Source of the DNA: Mobula hypostoma
Taxonomy: Eukaryota
Reading direction: 5' to 3'
Assembly: GCF_963921235.1 (NCBI RefSeq)
Contig: NC_086097.1
Span: 148,492,001-148,556,000, forward strand
DNA: 64,000 nucleotides
Shown: one piece after another, positions 51,076 to 60,019 of the stretch
Position numbering within the stretch: position 1 is the stretch's first letter
Layout: every line of letters starts with the position of its first letter
Made by a program: the position numbers and the translations under genes
Notes under the pieces: model-generated
Database searches by the model: none
Told to the model about the DNA's origin: nothing
Seen by the model: only the letters and a program-made list of their open reading frames with translations

Positions 51076-51113
51076 TAGTCCTGACGAAGGGTCTTGGCCT
51101 GAAACGTTGACTG
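51076..51113 (+). ncRNA. Minimal type I hammerhead ribozyme motif (GUU cleavage triplet)
   Basis: UAGUC-CUGACGA-AGGGUCUUGGCCU-GAAAC-GUU-GACUG. Confidence 0.78.
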
Positions 51114-53708
51114 CACCTCTACCATATTGAGAACATTTTTGTTTCCCTGTCAGGAAATCGTTTTGACCCAGGCTTACCTCCAAATGGAAATCGAGGAAGC
51201 ATCCAAGTAATATTTGACAATGAATATCCACGAAGGACTTTACCAGTCTAACGGGTTGGTGTTTGGGATAGCATCATTGCCTGCAATCTGGCAAAGGGCA
51301 ATGGACCAGGTCCTGCAGGGGATTCCAGGAACTCAGTGTTACCTGGATGACATCATTGTCACCGGCAAAGATGATGACGAACATCTTTCTAACCTAAAAC
51401 AAGTGCTCACCAGGTTACGAGAATATGGGCTCAGAGCTAATCGACAGAAATGTGAGTTTTTCAAAAAGGAAATCTCATACTGTGGGCATGTGATCAACAA
51501 GGATGGCTTACACATGTCTCAAGACAAGATAGAAGCGGTGCTTAAGGCACCACCACCTGAAAATGTGTCTCAGCTGAGAGCATATCTTGGTCGTGAACTA
51601 TTACCACAAGTTCTTGTCTAACTGATCCACAGTCCTACACCAACTAAATGCACTATTACAGACAAAGACACAATGGAAGTGGACTGAGAGGTGTGAGAAT
51701 GTGTTTCAAGAAACTAAAAGACTCATAACTTCAGAAGGGGTGCTCGCACACTTTGACCCCTCCTTACCTATCCGACTAGCTTGTGATGCCTTGTCCCATG
51801 GATTAGGAGCTGTGTTATCACACAAGTTTCCAGATGGCTCCAAAAGACCAATAGCCTTTGCTTCAAGAACACTAACTTCATCTGAACGCAACTATGCACA
51901 GATTGACAGAGAGGCCCGAAGCCTCGTGTGGGGAGTCAAGAAATTCAGTCACTACTTGTATGGCCAGAAGTTTACTCTGTTGACTGACCATCAGCCCCTC
52001 CTGTCAATCTTCAATCCAAGAAAAGGCGTTCCAGTGATGACAGCACAAAGGCTGCAGCGATGGTCCCTTTTCTTAGGAGGTCACAGGTATGACATTGAAC
52101 ACAAGGGGACCAAGCAACATGGCAATGCAGATGGTTTGTCATGTTTACCACTGCCCACTTCTGATCAGCAGAGGTTTTACACACAACGATAGTCGAACAA
52201 TTACCAGTAACAAACAGCCTCATTGAGAGGGAAATACGCAATGACCGTATGTTGTCAAAAGTGTATGACATCACAGTAAAGGGATGGCCAGCACGGGCTA
52301 ACACGTTGTTTCCAGCCTTCGCAGCGAGGAAGGAGCAGTTGTCAGTGTGTTGGGGAACACTAAAGTGTGGTTCACGAGTTGTGATCCCTCCCAAGCTACG
52401 CACTAGAGTGCAGGAGGAACTGCACGAGGGGCACCTGGGTACCGTGAAGATGAGAAGTCTTGCCTGTGCCTATGTGTGGTGGCCAGGAATCAATAAACAG
52501 ATTGAGGACTTGACCAAGGACTGCTCTGGATGTCAAAAGATTCAGAACACACCACCACAAGCCCCTCTTCATCCGTGGCAGTGGCCCTCATCACCATGGC
52601 AATGAGTGCACATTGACTTTGCTGGACCATTATGGACGCTATATTTTTAATTGCCGTTGATGCACATTCCAAATGGCCAGAGGTCATCAAAATGAAGACA
52701 ACTGGATCGGAAAAGACTCTTACAGTTCTGAGGACCATGTTCGCCAGGAATAGCACACCAGAACAAATCTGCACAGACAATGGACGACAATTTGTCTCTG
52801 GAATCAAGCACTTTACAACTGTCCCTTACCATCCATCCACAAATGGCTTGGCAGAAAGATTTGTGCAGACATTCAAGAAAGTCATCAAGGCAATGGACAG
52901 CGAAAGTCGACTACTGAAACACAAGATAGACAACTTCCTCCTTGCCTATTGTAATGCAGTACACACAACCACTAATCAGACCCCAGCGACGATGTTCCTG
53001 AACAGGAACCTGAGGTCCCACGTGGATCTTCTTAAACCAGATGTACGGCATGATGTGGAAAACAGACAGTTTCAAACACTTGAATGCTAAGTCAACACGG
53101 AACTTCAGTGTGGGACAGTCAGTTCTTGCATGTGATTACCGGACTGAAAAGTGGCAGCCGGGTAAAATTTCTGCCATAGACCGACCACTAATGTAGAGAG
53201 TACAGGTGCGAGAGAACGTATGGAGACGTCATGTGGATCAAATCCTGGATGCTCAGGTGAAAACTCAACAACAACTTGCCCGGACTCCCATGACACATAG
53301 AAGCACATCATGTGGATCAAGTCCTGAATGCTCAGGTGAAAAACAGAACAGCACCTTGCCCTGACTCCACGGACATAGAAGCAAACACTCCTGATGTGAC
53401 CACATCAGCCTCGCCCACAGATAAGCCTGTCATTAGTGCTGAGGACCCACCTGATGTACCTGTGGAGACTAACTCCCCAAAGCAAATGTTTCAGGGCAGA
53501 TGTTACCCGGAGAGGCAGAGAAGAACCCCCCCCCCCCGCAGAGACTTGACTTATAATTTTATAATTATTATTATTATTACGTTACTTTGTTATAATTTGA
53601 TATTATTAAGTTACTAAGTAAACAATTGGTAGGTGTTTGTATGTTAAGGGTACACATTTTTGTTTAGCGTAGTGCCCCAGTAAAAAAAAGTTGATACACT
53701 ATTAAAAT

Positions 53709-53720
53709 AAAAGGGAGGAG
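53709..53720 (+). promoter_or_regulatory. Polypurine tract
   Basis: AAAAGGGAGGAG immediately before the 3' LTR. Confidence 0.9.
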
Positions 53721-53921
53721 TGTACCATATAGCCTACTGTATATTATAGGACTACTTTATGTTGTAGTAACACGTCATTGAGCATGCGCTATTAGGCGCG
53801 TATTGATCTGTACGTGTGTGTTCAGTTCAGTTTCAGTCAGTAAAGAACCCTGTTAACTTAGCTCCCGTCTCCAGCGTTTTCATTTATAGCTTTGTTGTGT
53901 AACCCGGCCACATACACAACA
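53721..53921 (+). repeat. 3' LTR (201 bp)
   Basis: TG..CA termini; direct repeat of 47580-47782. Confidence 0.95.
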
Positions 53922-55987
53922 CATGGCAAAATTTTTAAGCAATAGAATCATGGATTCATAAAGCTGCACAGCATGGACACAGGCCCTTTGGCGCAGCTCA
54001 TCCATACTGGCTAAATTGTCTGTCCAAGTTAGTCTATCCGGTCACTTTCCTGATTTTGGCCCATATCCCTTTAAAACTTTACGTTCTATGTACCTAGGGA
54101 GTCCTTGATTGAAACTCAGCAGCGCCAGGGAGCACTGTGAACGGAGCAGTGTAGTGGGCTGGGGAATGTAGAAAGCCTGTGATTAGGAAGGTGAATGGTG
54201 GCTGCAGTCAGGAGACTGGAGGGGAGAGAATGTGATTAGACGGGCTGATGGAAATTACCATCAGAAGAGTGGAGAGGAAATAACCTGGAATAGGAAATGA
54301 AGCCTTAGTCTGGTGGGATTAGTAAGGGTGGCAAGGAACACAACTGGAAAGATCATATCAGGTGGATGCTGAACTAGGGAAAACATCTCCTTATAGGATA
54401 GGTGGATGATGAAATGAGCATTATGTGCCTTTGATAGCCAATAGGACAATTTACCATTAAAGGTATTCAGAATAAAGATCCCAAAAGCAAACAAAAAGGA
54501 TTTACCTGGAAAATAGGTAACACTGAGTCCCTTCTTAAATATCCCATGTGTCGTTTCACTATTGGATTCCATAGCAGTAGCTCAAACAGCTAGGAGAATG
54601 CCTTCAAGATCCAGTGTGGGGCTACACTCTACATTCAAGCCTCATGCAGCCTGTCAAGCACATATTCCTGCTGGAATATTGTCAAGCATTCTCTATTAAT
54701 TGATGCCACTTCCAAGCATCCAGCAGCTGCTACACATGTTCGGTGCAAAAACGACTGTTACAATTTCTTGAAGTATGCTGTGCAGAAGCAGAATTACTGA
54801 AAGCTTTCAGCAAGTGGCTTTCAGTTTTAAAAGAAATATTATCATATTTGTTGCATAAAAATGGTGCACAATAAATGATGGAATTAATAGCTTTATAAAG
54901 ACATATTTGCCACCATTTGACAGCATTTCCCAAGTTACTTTTGCTTATAATTTTTCCCTGAGGCTAATAGGTGAAAAACCTATTAAACTCTTTTCACCCA
55001 TGACTGTGCCCCTGCCTATGCCACCAACACCATCAGCAAATTTGCAGATGACACCACAGTGATTGGATTAATGACAAAAGACAATGAAACAGCATACAGA
55101 GAGGAGGTGCAGAAACTATATAAATGGAGCAATAACTATAACCTCTCACTGCAATACATGGGCAGGTACAATATTTGGGTTTAAAATAGCCTTTCTTTGA
55201 TTTCAGAGCTTTCCTTTTAAATCTCAGCTTTAATTCTTGATGCTATTTTACATTTATTCATAGTATTTTATGACATGGGCATGTGCAATATTTGAATGGG
55301 GCAGCACTGTTTCTCTTTATTTTAGTGTTGTTTGTTTTTAATTCAGTTGTAACTTGAGCTTTAAGTCTCTCCAAGATGACACCATTGAACAATATGACCA
55401 ACAGTGATATTCTGCAGACAGTTCACAAAACTACTTTTACTTCTTCTTTCAAATATGCTTTTACTACTAAGCTGCATAGATTGGAACCTGTGATTTACAA
55501 ATTGATGATGTGTTTTTGGGCCAGTTGAGCGATCTGGCGCTTTGCTTTATCTGAGGGATTTCGGTGAGGTTTTAAACCAAATGCACAGCCTGGAGACAGT
55601 GAGCAAGCCCATGATCCACTCCATTACTTCTCTCCGATTAAGTCATTGAGCAAGGTTAAAGATGACAAGGACAAGAGTGGAGGATGGGTGGGTATTCGGC
55701 GCTGGCTGCCTGCATTTGTCTAGTTTTCCTCTCCCTCTCGCTAGCTGCTGTTGGAGGAAAGTCTAGGGATCCACGTTGCAAGGATTGACCAGCAAGGTTA
55801 TGGACTCATTTTGGGGAACTTTGAGGTTCATGTTGCATGTGTTTCTGGATTCAGGAAACTCTTTTGTTTTTGCTGTTTTGTGAGCAGTTTGACTGGGCGG
55901 ACTGGGGTGTTTTGGCGAAGAATAGCTCTGAAGTCTGCAGTGGGCTAGTGGCGCAGCACTGGACTGAACTAAACTGAATACTGTGGA

Positions 55988-56174
55988 TCCCTCCCCCTCC
56001 TGTCTTCTCCTATCATCTTGCATCTCCCCCTCCCCCTCCAGCTTTCAAATCCCTTACTCACTCTTCCTTCAGTTAGTCCTGACGAAGGCTCTCGGCCTGA
56101 AACGTCGACTGCGCCTCTTCCTATAGATGCTGCTTGGCCTGCTGCGTTCACCAGCAACTTTGATGTATGTTGCT
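55988..56174 (+). mobile_element. 187-bp Penelope-derived mini-element (UTR end, hammerhead, shortened tail)
   Basis: Perfect 13-bp TSD TGAATACTGTGGA at 55975-55987 and 56175-56187. Near-identical to 50990-51120 and to the 39603 and 49674 tails. Confidence 0.92.
56074..56111 (+). ncRNA. Minimal type I hammerhead ribozyme motif, intact core
   Basis: UAGUC-CUGACGA-AGGCUCUCGGCCU-GAAAC-GUC-GACUG. Confidence 0.82.
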
Positions 56175-56969
56175 TGAATACTGTGGACTCCTAGTTTGAT
56201 GTTAATATCCCATGTGTTCACTTGCTTTTTGCCATTTGCACAATTTGTTTCTTTTCACACATTGGGTGTTTGATGTTTTCTTGAATGGGTTCTAAGGTGT
56301 TTCTTTGTTTCATGGCTGCCGGTGGGAGGACAAATCCCAGAGCTGTATTTTGTCTACATACTTTGATAATAAAGCAACACACACAAAATGCTGGAGAAAA
56401 TCAGCAGGTCAGGCAGCATCCATGGAGGTAAAGAAACAGTCAACTGTTAGGTCCAGGACCCTTCTTCAGGACTGCAAAGGAAAGGAAAATACACCAGAAT
56501 AGAAACTAGAAGGTGATAGGTGAAGTCAGGTGGGTAGAAAGGTAAAGGGCTGGAGAGGAAGGATTCTGATAGGAGAAGAGTGTGGGCCATAGGAGAAAGG
56601 GAAGGAAGAGAGGAACCAGGGGGAAGTGATAGGCAGATGAAAAGAAGTAAGAGGCCAGAGTGGGGAATAGAAAAGGAGGGGGGGGGGATTTTTTTTTTAC
56701 CGGAAGGAACAATCCATCAAGTTGGAGACTGCCCAGATGGAATATAAGGTGTTGATCCTTCACTCTGAGGGTGGCCTCAACTTGGCAGAAGAGGAGGTTA
56801 TGGACCGACATGTCAGAATGGGAAAGGGAATCAGAATGTTTGGCCCCTAGAACGTTCTGGTTTTGGCGAATGGAGCGGAGATGCATAATGATGCGGTTCC
56901 CTAATTTATGAGGAGGCCACGTTGGGAGCACCAGACACATTAGATGACCCCAGCAGATTTGCCCGTGAA

Positions 56970-57650
56970 AAAAGAAGGGGGAGGAGAAGATGGCGGTGCA
57001 GTGCAGCGCATGCGGCCGCTCCGAAATGATATCATATGTGTTAACTAGGGGCCGTGCACAATCCTGATTTGATGGAGACAGCCATGAGAAGCACGGAGGA
57101 ACACCTGGAGAAACTTCTGAAATGCCTGTTTCCCTGCCGCTGCTACTGTGCGATCGATCGAGAATCTCCAGAGGGGAAGGCCTCAAATTCTTGGCTTTGC
57201 CTATCGCCTGTTGCCGGGGCCAGGGTCAAAGTGCTCAGCAGAGATAGTGCTCGGTGTCGGACGGCTGGTCAGAGGCTCGAAGTTTTCGGACGGACTCAAG
57301 AGTCGGCTGTGGTCGGGTGCTTCTAGGATGCTGCATCGGCAAGTTTGCGGCGCTTGAAGCTCATGGCAGGAAGAGTTTTTTCTTCCTTCTACCGTCTGCG
57401 TGAGATGATGGGACTTTCAAGAGACTTTAAGACTTTTTTTTTTACCATGCCCATGGTCTGTTCTTTATCAAATTACAGTACTGCTTTGCACTGTTGTAAC
57501 TATATGTTATAATTATGTGGTTTTTGTCAGTTTTTCAGTTGGTTTGCCTTATGTTTCTGTGACATCATTCTGGAGAAACCTTGTATCATTTCTTAATGCA
57601 TGCATTACTATATGACAATAAAAGACGACTGTGTGTCCTCATAATCTAAA
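56970..57650 (+). mobile_element. Young CpG-rich non-coding retroposon (AAGATGGCGG head, GACAATAAA tail)
   Basis: Interrupts the GIY-YIG region between ..GTGAA and ATGTTG.. . Many CpGs retained, no Pol III boxes and no LINE ORF. Confidence 0.7.
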
Positions 57651-58418
57651 AAAATGTTGTGTCACCTGGAAGGACTGTTTTGAGCCCTGAATGGAGGTGA
57701 GGGAGGAGGTGTCTGGGCAGGTGTAGTACTTTGGCCGCTTGCAGGGATAAGTTCCGGGAGGGAGATTAGTGGGCAGGGATGGACAGACATGGGAATCACA
57801 GAGGGAGCGATCCCTGCAGAAAGCAGAGGGTGGAGGAGGCAAAGATATGTTCGGCGGTAGATCCCTTTGGAGATGGCGGAAGTTGCGGAGAGTGATGTGT
57901 TGGATGTGAAGGCTCATGGGGTGGTAGGTAAGGACAAGAGGACCTCTATCACTGTTAAGGCAGCGGGAAATGGGATGAGTGCAGAAGTTGGAGAAATAGA
58001 GGAAATGCGGGTGAGGGCAGCATCAATGGGGGAGGAAGGGAAATCCCGTTCTTTGAAGAAGGAGTATATCGCTGATGTCCTGGCAAGGAAACCCTCATCT
58101 GGAGAATAGATGTGGTGGAGATGAATGAACTGATAAAAGCAAATAGCATTTTTACAGGAGGTAGGGTGGGAAGAGGTATAGTCAAGATAGCCACGGGAAT
58201 TGGTAGGTTATCAAAGATGTCAGCTGTCAGTTTGTTTCCAGAGATGGAGACGGAGGTATTGAGAAAGCGGAGGGAGGTGTCAGAAATGGACCGAGTGAAT
58301 TTAAGGGCAGAGTGGAAATCGGAGGCAAAGTTGATGAAAATAACAAGAGCATTATTACGAAAATGATAGGAGCATTATTACGGAAAGCTTCGCACATGGA
58401 TTGTTCCACATAGCTACC

Positions 58419-59310
58419 TGTTACATAACCGGCAACAATGAATATCAATCGAGACAGGTTATATAAAAACAACCAAACATTTATTAAACACAGATAAATG
58501 ATAAGGTAAAAAAACCACGAAAACTTTAACCGGAAGTTAACCGATATGCAGCCATTCAACACCCCGTCACTCGGCACTGGTTCTTAAAGTGTTAAATGCT
58601 AAAACAGTTCTTAAAGCGATGAAGTCAAATATAGTTCTTAAAGTGATAACTTCAAAAGTCCAACTGATTTACATGTTCAATTGGAAGAGACTTCTCTGGA
58701 GAAGGATTTCTTTACAGATGCAACTTTCCTGCTGGTTCTGTCCACAGGATTCACAATGCTGAAAATAAGCAGTTTAAAACGACTGACCTTAAATTCTTTT
58801 AGAGAGAAAGCAAACCATTGCATGAACTCCTTGCTCTTTTTGGCAAGAGTTATCTCCGATGCAGGTAGCTACTCCTCCAATGAAGCCTCAATAAGGTTGA
58901 TTCTTTATTAAACTGCCAAACGATGCCGACTCTTCTCAATCCTTTGATCTTGTACTTCGATAAATTCTTCACTCTCCCTTCTACTTTTGGAATTGAGTAA
59001 ATCAACACATCTAGCAAAAATTTCCAGTCCAATAATATCATATTTTGCAATAGAACGCAATACTCTGTTTTACAAATGAAACTGCGTCACAAAAACAAAC
59101 ATGCAACAGAAACGGAGGCACAGCACATTCTGCCTGGAAATCTACAAACTAAAAACCCAACTGCGTCACCTGGGTCGACCCTTATATAGTCATGGTGCAC
59201 ATGTCATCACGTGACCTCACATCGGCGGGAAAATCACATCAGGTGACCTCCAAAAGATGATTACATCATTCTCACAAAACAAAAACACAGATCTCCTTGA
59301 GCATGTAACA
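58419..59310 (-). mobile_element. Solo LTR, 892 bp
   Basis: TGTTACAT..ATGTAACA inverted termini; minus-strand TATATAA near 59182 and AATAAA near 58480. Interrupts the Penelope RT; TSD degenerate. Confidence 0.8.
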
Positions 59311-60019
59311 CGAACAAAAAAGCAAACTTAGCTGGGACCCATGCAGGTGCCCATGGCTACCTCTTGAGTCTGGAGAAAGTGGGAGAAGCCAAAGGAAAAA
59401 TAGTTGAGCGTCAGGACCAGTACTTTCAATTCAGGAATGTATTTTCAATCTTTTGGATCTTCAAAGATGTCATTCTAAATAACTCAGATGTCATTGTGTT
59501 TTGCACTGAATGGAGCAGCACTGCAATCTCATTGTCCTCAGCTAAACAACTACCTAATGAACTAAAAGGAAAATGTTGTCCTTTGTTCCATCTTTCTTTA
59601 AACGATAAAGTTTATCATGCAACACTGCAAATCCACAGATTTATATTGAGCTGAAGTATATATCAGGAAAACACAAATGAAGAAATCAAACCCCAGATCT
59701 CACTTATAGGTGTAAAATGGAAACCTATGTAAGTCTGACGAATCAACACCGCCAAATCACCAACAGCTGCAGAGAATGTTGAGGCCTAATGCCTGTTGAT
59801 GCTTGAACTGAGTTAGTAAAGGGAGAGTACAGGGTTTGGATTGGCTCTGCTCAGATTCATAATATCTCCCAACAAAAATAAAGCACAAAGGTTCCATCCA
59901 CCCTGGACACTCTGTCATTCCAATCCACTCCAATCAGGCAGAAGATGCAAAAATCTAATAGCACATCACCAGCTCCTATTGAGCTTGCTGAGGAGGACAT
60001 CCTATCATGACAGTTTGAC

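Larger units (their letters stand above)
49674..51121. mobile_element. Penelope-like (Neptune-type) insertion arranged as a large inverted repeat
   Basis: Left arm on minus (to about 50328), right arm on plus (about 50363-51120). TSD CCATATTGAG(G/A)ACA at 49660-49673 and 51122-51135. Confidence 0.93.
48960..53090 (+). pseudogene. pol: pol (protease, RT, RNase H, integrase), disrupted and split by the Penelope insertion
   Basis: Protease MELGTGS (catalytic D replaced by G at 49010), WATPVVPV, ICGDFKVTVN, YLDD at 51340-51351, LACDA/TDHQPL, LHEGH..CSGC, TDNG and YHPSTNGLAERFV. Confidence 0.93.
47580..53921 (+). mobile_element. Full-length decayed Ty3/Gypsy LTR retrotransposon, Mag-type
   Basis: Two LTRs of about 202 bp, TSD CATGG (47575-47579, 53922-53926), PBS, PPT and gag-PR-RT-RH-INT order. 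Confidence 0.97.
55372..56371 (+). mobile_element. Non-coding AAGATG-headed retroposon with a Rex/Babar-like tail
   Basis: Starts CAAGATGACACC and ends ACATACTTTGATAATAAA, a tail shared with other Rex-type ends here. Hosts the 55988 insertion. Confidence 0.5.
56372..59425 (-). mobile_element. Older Neptune-type Penelope element (RT, linker, GIY-YIG, UTR, degenerate hammerhead, tail) broken by two nested insertions
   Basis: LVLTLNYFSF..VAMGTCMGPS at about 59330-59420, FINFASDFHSALKFT near 58290-58338, PGTYPCKRPKYYTCP (ORF 57639), DQHLIFHLGSLQLDG (ORF 56506), and CAGTCCTGAAGAAGGG near 56460-56475. Confidence 0.85.

Noticed and set aside
47580..53921. Endogenous retrovirus with env
   Set aside because: No env-like ORF after integrase; RT and gag motifs and short LTRs are Gypsy/Mag-type.
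56506..57186. 226-aa ORF as a novel protein
   Set aside because: Chimeric read-through of an antisense non-coding insertion, decayed GIY-YIG and pyrimidine-rich UTR.
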